Positions 8,338 to 16,686 are shown, counted from the first letter of the stretch. The stretch: DNA of 34,396 nt from Candidatus Parcubacteria bacterium (GCA_046049585.1 JBJORD010000028.1:1-34396), one strand, 5' to 3'. Made by a program: numbers and translations. Notes: generated by a model from the letters alone, not told the origin.

Positions 8338-11067
8338 CTAACCTTCAGTCGTAGCTATAGTACTTGGTTCTTGACTGTTCTCAGTTACCACAGGCTCGAT
8401 ACCGACTGCAGCTTCTGCATTTTCTGTTGTGTTTAGTTCGGTTGTATTGGTATCACTAGGCTCACTTGTTTCATTAGATGTCTCTTCTGTTGCTGGCGAC
8501 GGTGCCTCAAATTGATTTTCAATAGCTTCTAAACGTTCTCGCAACAGGGCGTTTTCATTTTCCAAATCAGTCAATCTATCTTCGTGTCCGCTGATAGTCT
8601 GCCAAATTTCTTGTATGGCTTCTACTACCACAGCTACTAGGTTCTTGGTATTGAGCGACCAATAATCTCCCCCTTTTTGTACTACTTCTGGCACAACCAG
8701 ATCTACTTCTTGTGCCAAAAATCCTACCTCCGATTGGGTACCAAAACGTTCCGTATCCAACCATTCATACCGTACACCACGCAGGGCCAACACCATTTCA
8801 AGCGCACCACTAATTTCTTGCACATTTGTCTTGAGACGCTCATCTGAGGGATCACGAATGATGGCGCCATTGGCATCGACACTGAGGTTGGTAGCACCAC
8901 CAAGCAGATTCGTGGCTGTAATGGTGCCAGTGACTGTCAATTTGGTACCAGGAGTCGATGTTCCAATACCTACATTACCGTTACTGTGTATGGCAAAAAT
9001 ATCACCGTCAGTTATATTGGTAATACCAAAATAGCCCAAAGTTGAGGTGGCCAGGCTTTCGATACCAAACTCAGGAGTAGTATCAAGTAACCCCAAATTA
9101 CCAGCTGAAGTAAGACGTAATCGTTCTGCAAATACTCCTACAGAGACGGTCGAGAATCCAATAAATCCGTTGGGTGTAGTGTTATTGGTATCCTCTCTAG
9201 AGAGAGTAATCTGTGATGCTCGATCATCTGTGGTCGTAAATGAGGTGTTGTAATGTGCAATCCGTCCTGCTGTAGTAGTGATACTGTTACCGGCAGAACG
9301 CATTAGTATTTCTGTACTACGATTACTCGTACTATCAGATCCCACAAAACCATCTAATGTCAGTGAAGTGCCCGTAGTGCTCGATGCTGTGCTAAAAGCA
9401 ATAAAAGTCGCTCCACCGACACCGAGATGCTGACCATTAAATTGTAACTTGTTTGAAAAGAGTAGTTGATTAGCTGTACTTGTTGCAAATGGAATTGCAT
9501 TAGCGGTATAGACACTCGGGGTATCAGTTAGGCCTAGAAATGTTGATGCCCCACCACCACTAATTCCAAGCGAGGAAGTGGCCACCCAAGTTGGCAAACC
9601 ACTTACGACTTGCAATACTTGACCAGTAGTACCAATAGCTCGACTGGCCAATGTATCAGCTCCTGAAGCATAGAGCAGGTCGCCACTAGAATACGTAACT
9701 AATCCTGTTCCTCCCGAACTAACATCGAGTACCTCAGATAAGGTCAGTCTGGTTATTGTTGTAGTTGCTAAAGTAGAGGTACCAACAACACTAAGCCTGC
9801 CAGAATTTGTAGTACTAGCAAAAGTGGCTGTACCGGTAAAGGTTGGGCCATTTGAGAATACCGCCAATCCTCCACCTGCTGAACCAGTTTCGTCAGAGAG
9901 TAGCGCAGCTAGTTGCTCTGAAGTGGTGAATGCTGAAGACAAACCAAGTGACGAGGTGGCAATTTGTGACCACGAGTTACCAGCTCCACCAATGAGGAGT
10001 TGGTTTGTGGTGATGGTCGAGAGACCAGTCCCACCACGGGTAGCAGCGAGGGTACCAGTAGTATCGGCGATAGCGATATTGAGACTGGTGGTAGACACAC
10101 TAAGGGTGTTGCCAGTCCAGAAGAGATTGGTACCAGCGGTAATGCGAGCACTAGGGGCGTTGTAGTACGTGTTCCAGTTGGTAGATGAAGCAGTGAGGAT
10201 TCCTTCATAGCCAGCTGCGTAATCAATGGCCAAAGTACCAGTGGTTGTTATTGGTGAGCCAGAGATGGTAAAGCCTGTTGGTACAGTAGCTGCGATAGAT
10301 GACACAGTGCCACTACCGCCCCCACTGATTCCAAGCGATGAAGTCGCGACCCAGCGAGTAGAAGTACCAGTGCTCTGTAATATCATGCCAGATGCCCCAG
10401 CACTAGCTGTCGCATCTCGTAACGAGCCAGCTAAGGCGAGATCACCAGCAATAGTTAGTAACGCGATTGAGCTACTCGTACCAATACTCACTCTACCAGC
10501 TCCGTCGATATATATCCCCTCATTACCACCATCACCAGTTAACCAATTGGTGCCGAGCGCTAAATTGGAACCAATCGCACCAGAGAATATTGGCGCAACA
10601 AGTGTCGTACTAGAAACAGTAGCGGGATTTACTACAACACTCTCACGCACTTCGATAAAGTCGCTACTTGCATCATCCATAAAACTAAATAGTTGTTTTT
10701 CAAGCCGATTGATCCGCACATCACGAGACTGCTGTTGCTGCATCAATTGAACATAGCGCACCATCCCCACAAATCGACTATCGGTATATTGTTTAAAAGC
10801 ATTCCATTCATCATGACTAATACCAGTACTGTTAGATAGCTTCGTAAATTGATTGGATTGCACGAAAGGACTCACTACGGTAGTAGAAGCAACAAGTAAT
10901 TGACGCGTGATTGGTTCTGAGACTGGGACGGTATGAGTTACCACAGTATCTGCCACTACTGGGAAGGTGGTATATACCACCGAATCAGAGGACGACGAAA
11001 AAACTCCCATAACAGTGGCTAAGAGAAATGTAGATACGGTGGACAGAGAACTTACAAACCAGTCCAT
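8338..11067 (-). CDS. 909-aa N-terminally membrane-anchored tail-fibre-like surface protein with a C-terminal Peptidase_S74 intramolecular chaperone domain
   Basis: It has an N-terminal TM helix (VSTFLLATVMGVF) and a Q-rich coiled coil. A ~600-aa Gly/Ser/Thr-rich beta-repeat region follows, with the duplicated modules WVATSSLGISGGG and GGTGL...LL.G. GNVGIGTSTPGTKLTV is followed by DPSDERLKTNVQEISGALEMVLALRGVRYEW...GFLAQEV (S74 autoproteolysis signature, Ser codon 8845-8847), a coiled coil and an acidic tail. Confidence 0.8.
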   Translation of the reverse strand: MDWFVSSLSTVSTFLLATVMGVFSSSSDSVVYTTFPVVADTVVTHTVPVSEPITRQLLVASTTVVSPFVQSNQFTKLSNSTGISHDEWNAFKQYTDSRFVGMVRYVQLMQQQQSRDVRINRLEKQLFSFMDDASSDFIEVRESVVVNPATVSSTTLVAPIFSGAIGSNLALGTNWLTGDGGNEGIYIDGAGRVSIGTSSSIALLTIAGDLALAGSLRDATASAGASGMILQSTGTSTRWVATSSLGISGGGSGTVSSIAATVPTGFTISGSPITTTGTLAIDYAAGYEGILTASSTNWNTYYNAPSARITAGTNLFWTGNTLSVSTTSLNIAIADTTGTLAATRGGTGLSTITTNQLLIGGAGNSWSQIATSSLGLSSAFTTSEQLAALLSDETGSAGGGLAVFSNGPTFTGTATFASTTNSGRLSVVGTSTLATTTITRLTLSEVLDVSSGGTGLVTYSSGDLLYASGADTLASRAIGTTGQVLQVVSGLPTWVATSSLGISGGGASTFLGLTDTPSVYTANAIPFATSTANQLLFSNKLQFNGQHLGVGGATFIAFSTASSTTGTSLTLDGFVGSDSTSNRSTEILMRSAGNSITTTAGRIAHYNTSFTTTDDRASQITLSREDTNNTTPNGFIGFSTVSVGVFAERLRLTSAGNLGLLDTTPEFGIESLATSTLGYFGITNITDGDIFAIHSNGNVGIGTSTPGTKLTVTGTITATNLLGGATNLSVDANGAIIRDPSDERLKTNVQEISGALEMVLALRGVRYEWLDTERFGTQSEVGFLAQEVDLVVPEVVQKGGDYWSLNTKNLVAVVVEAIQEIWQTISGHEDRLTDLENENALLRERLEAIENQFEAPSPATEETSNETSEPSDTNTTELNTTENAEAAVGIEPVVTENSQEPSTIATTEG

Positions 11068-11183
11068 TATAACTATTATACCTGTTTGTTACGGTTTATT
11101 TTGCTATTACACACATGAATCAACCCATACTACATCAAGACAGGCTTAGGTGTATCAAAAGAATATAGTATACTGCGAGCAAT

Positions 11184-11735
11184 ATGGCACTACCCACAAA
11201 AACTGAGGCCAGCATACTTTTACAAACCTACACCACAGACAGTTATTTACTCCATCATGCAGCTATGGTTGGTGCTGCTACTGCTTCGTATGCTGCTGTC
11301 TTTGGTGAAGACGAGCACTTGTATTGGCTCACTGGCTACTTACACGACATTGACTATGAGCAGCATCCGACCGAACATCCTGGACCATCACTAGCTTGGT
11401 TTCGAGAGTGGGGGTATCCAGAAGATTTAATCCATGCCGTTGAGGCTCATGCCAATGGTTTTAATGGATACACTATCAAACCCGCAAGTAACCTCGCCCG
11501 TGCGCTGATTGCCTGCGACGAGATCTGCGGTATCTTTTATGCCTACCAAAAACTAAATCCTATCCTGTACAGCGAGATGAAAGTGTCATCAATCGTAAAG
11601 CGCCTCAAAGAAGAAAAGTTTGCACCTGGTATCAGTCGTACCCATATCTACGAGGCAGTAGAAGCCCTGGGCGTCACTCTCGAGTCACACATCGAGCGAC
11701 TCATCACCGCCTTAACTACCTTAGATACAAAATGA
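11184..11735 (+). CDS. HD-superfamily hydrolase (COG2316-like)
   Basis: Contains LLHHAAMVGA...FGEDEHLYWLTGYLHDIDYEQHPTEH...AVEAHA, with His/Asp metal ligands in the HD arrangement. Confidence 0.78.
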   Translation: MALPTKTEASILLQTYTTDSYLLHHAAMVGAATASYAAVFGEDEHLYWLTGYLHDIDYEQHPTEHPGPSLAWFREWGYPEDLIHAVEAHANGFNGYTIKPASNLARALIACDEICGIFYAYQKLNPILYSEMKVSSIVKRLKEEKFAPGISRTHIYEAVEALGVTLESHIERLITALTTLDTK

Positions 11736-11739
11736 TTCT

Positions 11740-12057
11740 ATGCCTGGTCAATTTAGTCTCCGTGTGTATGAACTGGCGCTCAGTATTCCACCTGGTCGAG
11801 TGACAACGTATGGCACCATCGCCAAGGCTGCCGGAGGTGGCGCTATGGCGTCACGAAGTATCTCAAGCATACTCAGCAAAGCCCCTAATCAACGAGCTAT
11901 CCCCTGGCACCGAATTGTCTACGCTGGTGGCAAAGTCTGGCTCGATAACGAACACGAAATGACCCGTCGCAAAATGTACAAAAAGGAAGGTATTCTTATC
12001 GACAGCAAAGGTCGTATCAAAGACTTCGAGGAGATTTTTTACGACTTTAACGAATAA
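11740..12057 (+). CDS. Alkyltransferase-like protein (ATL; MGMT DNA-binding domain with Cys replaced by Trp)
   Basis: Contains VYELALSIPPGRVTTYGTIA...AIPWHRIVYAGGKV. The canonical PCHRV active site reads PWHRI, as in YbaZ/Atl1-type ATLs. Only the 105-aa DNA-binding domain is present. Confidence 0.78.
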   Translation: MPGQFSLRVYELALSIPPGRVTTYGTIAKAAGGGAMASRSISSILSKAPNQRAIPWHRIVYAGGKVWLDNEHEMTRRKMYKKEGILIDSKGRIKDFEEIFYDFNE

Positions 12058-12076
12058 TACTCATATAAAAAGCAAT

Positions 12077-12110
12077 AGAAAAACACTTTCATATATGAAA
12101 GTGTTTTTCT
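12077..12110. repeat. 34-bp perfect palindrome AGAAAAACACTTTCATA|TATGAAAGTGTTTTTCT (copy 1 of the ACTTTCATATATGAAAGT family), positioned like a bidirectional terminator
   Basis: Read directly from the sequence. It lies between the convergent ATL stop (12057) and the AlkC-like stop (12109-12111) and has A5/T5 flanks. Confidence 0.85.
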
Positions 12111-13236
12111 AACCCGAGCGAAGCGTAAAATCAGTTTTGCACACTACAACGCCGTTAATTTGTACGGCAACTGTATGCGTACCTGGATACAGTGTAAATG
12201 TAGTGGCATCGGCTTTGAGTCGGTGGTTTTTGATGAGCTCGAGTGACTCACCTCGCTTGAGCGAAACTATTTTCCACTTAAACACCTTAGGTGCAGTTGT
12301 ACCGTTTTTCTTTACAAAGTGGATGACGTAGTCGATGAGGAGATTTGTGTCATCAGTCGCAGTGATTGTGGTAGCAAATGACAACACGTCTCCAGCCTGT
12401 ATCTCTGAACTTGCGATAGTAAAACTATCTACCGTATATGTCGCACTGTTATAGCCAAGCAGGGTGAGTGTATCGCTATGTCCCTGTTTGATCAGAGTAC
12501 GTAATGCATGTTTCGTCATCCAAGCGAGCTCATGCGTATTTTGCTTCCCCAGCTTTTGCCACTGACGTAAAGTATCTATCACCACAGCCGGCTCTTTTTT
12601 CGCGATGTCATTGAGATGGTTTGCAATCGAGCGGGTCACATAACGAGTCGCATCTGCATGGAGGATATTGAGTAATGGGAGTGTATCAGCGCTCGAGAGT
12701 GGTACTCGCCCGCTCCAAGGCAATAAGGGCCTTGTCCCCTCACTCACTAGCCGCCTGACATGGTAGTTCTCATCACGAACCCACTGCTTCATAACGCGTA
12801 ATGTTTCTTTGGGAAACGCCCGCAGATAATACCGAATCGCGTCCTCCATAGAAAAACGCTGAGTTAGCTCACGGAGGGTTTCGAGTGATAGCGCGAGACG
12901 CTCCTTAGTACAACCATGCTTGGCCACATACTCACCAAAAGGCGCCAAAATAAATTCACCAAAATCATCATCAGTCTTTGTGGGATCTAGTGGTGGCGGC
13001 AAGGCGCGCACTATCACTGCTACCGCTTTTTTATAATCCGTTGGTAGATGTCGCGAAAGTACGTCTGCAATCCAGCGAATGCGGGCTTTGAGTTCGAGCG
13101 TGAGAAGTGTATGCATCACTTCCCGCTCAAATTCTTTAGCATCAAAGTTTTTGTCAGCTGCCGCGAGGAGTGACGCCAGGTACGCGACCCGCTCTTTATT
13201 AAACAAATGATCTTTGAGTGAAAAGCGTTCTGTCAC
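12109..13236 (-). CDS. alkC: DNA alkylation repair glycosylase, AlkC-like (HEAT-like repeats plus a C-terminal beta-rich Ig-like domain)
   Basis: Contains HVRRLVSEGTRPLLPWSGRV...YVTRSIANHLNDIAKKEPAVV, typical of the DNA-alkylation-repair HEAT-like repeat family. The ~100-aa beta-rich C-terminus is consistent with the long AlkC form. The start is GTG. Confidence 0.72.
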   Translation of the reverse strand: MTERFSLKDHLFNKERVAYLASLLAAADKNFDAKEFEREVMHTLLTLELKARIRWIADVLSRHLPTDYKKAVAVIVRALPPPLDPTKTDDDFGEFILAPFGEYVAKHGCTKERLALSLETLRELTQRFSMEDAIRYYLRAFPKETLRVMKQWVRDENYHVRRLVSEGTRPLLPWSGRVPLSSADTLPLLNILHADATRYVTRSIANHLNDIAKKEPAVVIDTLRQWQKLGKQNTHELAWMTKHALRTLIKQGHSDTLTLLGYNSATYTVDSFTIASSEIQAGDVLSFATTITATDDTNLLIDYVIHFVKKNGTTAPKVFKWKIVSLKRGESLELIKNHRLKADATTFTLYPGTHTVAVQINGVVVCKTDFTLRSG

Positions 13237-13468
13237 CAGAATAGCGTATCACAATAGGATAGGTTTGACGTGTCCTATAAATTGTGTTATCTTTGTCTTA
13301 CCTTAAGATTCTCGTGTAGTGCTCTTCGGGTGACAGGCGAATAGTGGCGACCTCATTTGTATTGGTCCCTGCCACATCGATTGGATTTATATACTGCACA
13401 CAAAAAACAGCAGAATCGTATCTTCCCTATTTTTGGCTTTGATACCTGTTGTCACTAACAACAAACAA

Positions 13469-14941
13469 ATGGATTCACACAATACCCGACCACGTCGGTC
13501 GAATGCTTATACTAGCGATGCTCGCCCACGCGGTGCTCGTCCTTTTAATCGCGCTCCTCGTACTGGTACTACCAGATCAGCCGATACTGGTGACCGCATC
13601 ATAGTTACCGGTTCAGACACTGACGAACGTGGATCACGCCGCACATACAGTGGCAGTACTGATCGTCGCACAAGTAGTGATCGTGGCCAAGGTGGCCGCA
13701 GTAGTTTTACCCCCCGCGACAGTCGTGGTGGTTACAACCGTGCCACTGCCTCGTTTGGTGGTGGTCGTGGTGGATACAGCCGTGGCGGTAGTACTGGCGG
13801 TGGTCGTGGTCGTGGCGGACGGGTTATGCAGAGTTTTGATGTATCACAATACATCAACAAAAACCCAGTCGTTGTAGACAACGAACCAGCCTACGTACCA
13901 AAACACACGTTCCACGACTTTGGTCTAGAGCGTCAACTGGTTGAAGCTATTGATGATATGCAATTGACGATTCCGTCACCAATCCAAGACCAAATCATTC
14001 CACACATTCTTGAAGGTCGCGACGTAGTTGGACTCGCTGCTACCGGTACTGGTAAGACAGCCGCTTTCTTGATTCCAACCATCAACAAAACCCTCAAGCA
14101 GCGTAACCGTCTCACACTTATTCTCGCGCCAACTCGCGAACTAGCGATTCAGGTTGAGCAAGAACTTCGCAAGCTTACGCCAAAGATGGGTATCTTCTCT
14201 ACGGTATGTGTTGGTGGAATGAACATCCGACCACAGATCATGGGCCTCAAGAAGCGTAACAACTTCATTATCGGTACCCCTGGTCGTGTACAAGATCTCA
14301 TTGACCGTGGCCACATCAAGCCAGGTGCGTTTACTACCGTGATCTTAGACGAGGCTGACCGCATGCTCGATATGGGATTCATCCACGATATGCGCAGTAT
14401 CCTCAAAGATATTCCGACCGATCACGAGACACTCTTCTTTTCAGCGACCATGAGTAAGACAGTCGAGGGACTCATCCACGAGTTCATGCGTAATCCAATT
14501 ACCGTCTCGGTAAAAAAGAAAGACATCACCAGTAGTGTGACCCAAGATGTAGTGTTTTATGAAGCACATCACAAATTTGATTTACTCGCGACCCTACTTG
14601 GCAAACCAGAATTCGAACGCGTGATCATCTTTGGTGCTATGAAGCACAGTGTTGAAAAACTCTCTGAAGAGTTGGTTAAGGTAGGCCTCAAGGCTGATGC
14701 CATTCACGGCAACAAGAGTCACGGCCAACGCCAACGCTCACTCCAAAACTTCAAATCTGGTCGGGTTAATATCTTAGTTGCGACTGACGTAGCGGCCCGT
14801 GGTATCCACGTGGACAACGTCTCACACGTGATCAACTACGACCTACCAAACACCTTTGAAGATTATGTACACCGTATTGGTCGTACTGGTCGCGCCGACA
14901 AGCGTGGCTCGGCCCTAACCTTTGTACCAAAACAAAAGTAA
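13469..14941 (+). CDS. DEAD-box ATP-dependent RNA helicase with an N-terminal Arg/Gly-rich extension
   Basis: It has the Q motif region, AATGTGKTAAF, PTRELA, DEAD (VILDEADRMLDMGF), SAT and HRIGRTGR. The ATG at 13469 is preferred over the ORF-track TTG at 13433. Confidence 0.9.
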   Translation: MDSHNTRPRRSNAYTSDARPRGARPFNRAPRTGTTRSADTGDRIIVTGSDTDERGSRRTYSGSTDRRTSSDRGQGGRSSFTPRDSRGGYNRATASFGGGRGGYSRGGSTGGGRGRGGRVMQSFDVSQYINKNPVVVDNEPAYVPKHTFHDFGLERQLVEAIDDMQLTIPSPIQDQIIPHILEGRDVVGLAATGTGKTAAFLIPTINKTLKQRNRLTLILAPTRELAIQVEQELRKLTPKMGIFSTVCVGGMNIRPQIMGLKKRNNFIIGTPGRVQDLIDRGHIKPGAFTTVILDEADRMLDMGFIHDMRSILKDIPTDHETLFFSATMSKTVEGLIHEFMRNPITVSVKKKDITSSVTQDVVFYEAHHKFDLLATLLGKPEFERVIIFGAMKHSVEKLSEELVKVGLKADAIHGNKSHGQRQRSLQNFKSGRVNILVATDVAARGIHVDNVSHVINYDLPNTFEDYVHRIGRTGRADKRGSALTFVPKQK

Positions 14942-14957
14942 GTAGAGCTATCAAGCT

Positions 14958-14998
14958 ACAAAAGCTCCTCCTGTACATAGTGCAGGAGGAGCTTTTGT
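14958..14998 (+). terminator. Rho-independent-type hairpin after the helicase gene
   Basis: ACAAAAGCTCCTCCTG...CAGGAGGAGCTTTTGT forms a 16-bp perfect stem. Confidence 0.7.
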
Positions 14999-15022
14999 AT
15001 GACTCTTGTATACTAGATGGAT

Positions 15023-15103
15023 ATGAAAGTTATCTTTATTGCCATTGCCTTGTTTGTAGCTCTAGCGATTCTCAATGCCTACTTTGGCGGGACTCCATTT
15101 TAA
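15023..15103 (+). CDS. Possible 26-aa hydrophobic micropeptide (MKVIFIAIALFVALAILNAYFGGTPF)
   Basis: TATACT at 15009-15014 lies 8 nt before the ATG, the same geometry as many real genes here. It would form a single TM helix. I have no homology evidence. Confidence 0.25.
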   Translation: MKVIFIAIALFVALAILNAYFGGTPF

Positions 15104-15207
15104 TCACAAGGAATTTGGATTATATTTACTTTTGAGTAATTCATGGTATTATATTAGTTCTACACGTCAGGATCAACTTGGCGGTAGCAGCACTGGGAGG
15201 TGCACAA

Positions 15208-15549
15208 ATGAGGTTTTCGGTAGTGGCGGTATTGTTCTTTTTTCCTGGTCAAGCATTAGCAGATGACGACAATATCTTGCTCGATATTGTCGACATGCAG
15301 GGGACAACACTTTATGAGGTGGTCGGTTGCACTCCTGTGTATGACCTTAGGCTTCCAGACGAACCCATTGTTGCTTGGAACCCAAATATACGACCTGTTC
15401 CCGATAGTCGCCTACAAGAGTTTCCTTATCTTGCCGAACCAGACGGCAATGAAAAGGTTCTCCACAACGGCGACTGGGTGAGAGTCGATGATACAGAGTA
15501 CTGGCAAAATTTATTGTACAAGGATGACCATTGTCATCCAATGAGCTAA
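15208..15549 (+). CDS. Small secreted hypothetical protein (113 aa)
   Basis: SD GGGAGG at 15195-15200 lies 7 nt before the ATG. It has a signal peptide (MRFSVVAVLFFFPGQALA/DDD). A terminator precedes the upstream micropeptide/promoter region and another lies directly downstream. I recognise no family. Confidence 0.6.
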   Translation: MRFSVVAVLFFFPGQALADDDNILLDIVDMQGTTLYEVVGCTPVYDLRLPDEPIVAWNPNIRPVPDSRLQEFPYLAEPDGNEKVLHNGDWVRVDDTEYWQNLLYKDDHCHPMS

Positions 15550-15556
15550 GAGGTCC

Positions 15557-15590
15557 GGGGCGGCTGCATTTTACGCCGCCCTTTCCTTTT
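15557..15590 (+). terminator. Rho-independent terminator
   Basis: GGGCGGC-loop-GCCGCCC followed by TTTCCTTTT. Confidence 0.6.
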
Positions 15591-15631
15591 GTCTCCATTT
15601 CTCCCTGCCAGCTGTCTGCTACAATAGTCTC

Positions 15632-16453
15632 ATGAAGATCCCTCGGTACGTTGTCCTCAATAAAAAAGTCGGCGAGACGCCTCTGTCGTGCGCTGAACAT
15701 TGGCGCAGTCAGCAATCTGCGACCTACCAAAATATCCCCTTGGCGTATGCCGGAAGACTCGACCCGATGGCTTCGGGCAAGCTATTAATCCTACTTGGTG
15801 ACGAATGCAAACGACAAGACAAATATCATGCGCTTGATAAGCGCTACGAATTTTCTATGTTATTTGGCATAGCTTCAGACACTCACGATGTCTTGGGAAG
15901 ACTCACTCCTGATAAGCGCATTCCCCACCCGACCAAGACAGACATCGATCACTGTCTCCCCATTTTGCGTGGACAGATCACTCTCCCCTTTCCTCATTTT
16001 TCGGCAAAAACGGTCAAGGGTAAACCGCTGCATATGTGGACGTTAGAAAATAGATTGCATGAAATTACTATCCCAAGACAACAAAGTTTTGTGTATGAAT
16101 TGCGCTGTACCAAAGTAGAAACAAAAATGCGCGCCACCATTCATGATGAAGTGCTCCAAAAAGTTAATAGTATCCCCGCTGTGACCGATCCTAAAAAGGC
16201 GCTTGGGAATGATTTTAGACGAGTCGATGTTCGGGCCGACTGGAGCAATTGGCGAGCTACTGATGAATTATCTGATCGTTATACCATTGCGCACTTTAGT
16301 TGTATCGCTAGTAGTGGGACATACATGCGCAGTCTGGCCGCCGAAATCGGCAGCCTCCTCGGTACTACGGGGCTCGCATACCATATCGAGCGCACCCATA
16401 TCGGACACTACCAAAAACTCGGACCCTGGGGGATCTGGCTAAAAAAGTACTGA
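15632..16453 (+). CDS. truB: tRNA pseudouridine synthase B-like (no PUA domain evident)
   Basis: Contains LAYAGRLDPMASGKLLILLGDECK (catalytic Asp motif G.LDP.A.G.L) and the C-terminal ...SSGTYMRSLA. Confidence 0.82.
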   Translation: MKIPRYVVLNKKVGETPLSCAEHWRSQQSATYQNIPLAYAGRLDPMASGKLLILLGDECKRQDKYHALDKRYEFSMLFGIASDTHDVLGRLTPDKRIPHPTKTDIDHCLPILRGQITLPFPHFSAKTVKGKPLHMWTLENRLHEITIPRQQSFVYELRCTKVETKMRATIHDEVLQKVNSIPAVTDPKKALGNDFRRVDVRADWSNWRATDELSDRYTIAHFSCIASSGTYMRSLAAEIGSLLGTTGLAYHIERTHIGHYQKLGPWGIWLKKY

Positions 16454-16467
16454 TTTTGCTTATTTGA

Positions 16468-16496
16468 TTGACGAAAAGCTGGTTCTCTGCTACAAT
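16468..16496 (+). promoter_or_regulatory. rpmG promoter TTGACG-N17-TACAAT
   Basis: TTGACG at 16468-16473, a 17-nt spacer, and TACAAT at 16491-16496. The ATG follows 9 nt later with no SD. Confidence 0.55.
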
Positions 16497-16505
16497 CGCA
16501 CCACT

Positions 16506-16685
16506 ATGTCACAAGATTTACTCGTAAAACTCGTATCACTCGGCGACGAAACAGGCGTTGGGAAAGGTCACGTGTACTACACTCGTTACAATAACAAAGT
16601 TAAGAAGGACCCAAGTAAGAAGTACGAAACCAAAAAGTTCAACCCGATTGCCAAAAAGCACACTGTCTACAAGCAAAAGAAATAA
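16506..16685 (+). CDS. rpmG: 50S ribosomal protein L33 (Cys-less form)
   Basis: MSQDLLVKLVS...GHVYYTRYNNK...KKFNPIAKKHTVYKQKK matches the L33 pattern. The ORF-track start at 16464 adds non-homologous residues. Confidence 0.88.
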   Translation: MSQDLLVKLVSLGDETGVGKGHVYYTRYNNKVKKDPSKKYETKKFNPIAKKHTVYKQKK

Positions 16686-16686
16686 A

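Noticed and set aside
8576-10750. Multiple ORFs on both strands inside the 909-aa gene (for example 10226-10750 +, 9824-10165 +, 9909-10226 -).
   Set aside because: The repetitive G/S/T-rich coding sequence keeps alternative frames open. Only the 8338-11067 frame shows recognisable domains (S74, fibre repeats).
7658-11067. A prophage remnant suggested by the tail-fibre-like and muramidase-like genes.
   Set aside because: No integrase, capsid, terminase, portal or tail tube genes and no att-like repeats are visible. The flanks are ordinary chromosomal genes.
13237-13468. A possible tRNA or small RNA gene in the long spacer upstream of the helicase gene. Other spacers over 100 bp were also inspected (2829-3024, 7619-7735, 11068-11183, 32299-32418).
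   Set aside because: No cloverleaf-compatible acceptor or T-arm pattern (GTTCRANYC) was seen. These regions are better explained as promoters and leaders. A covariance-model scan was not possible here.
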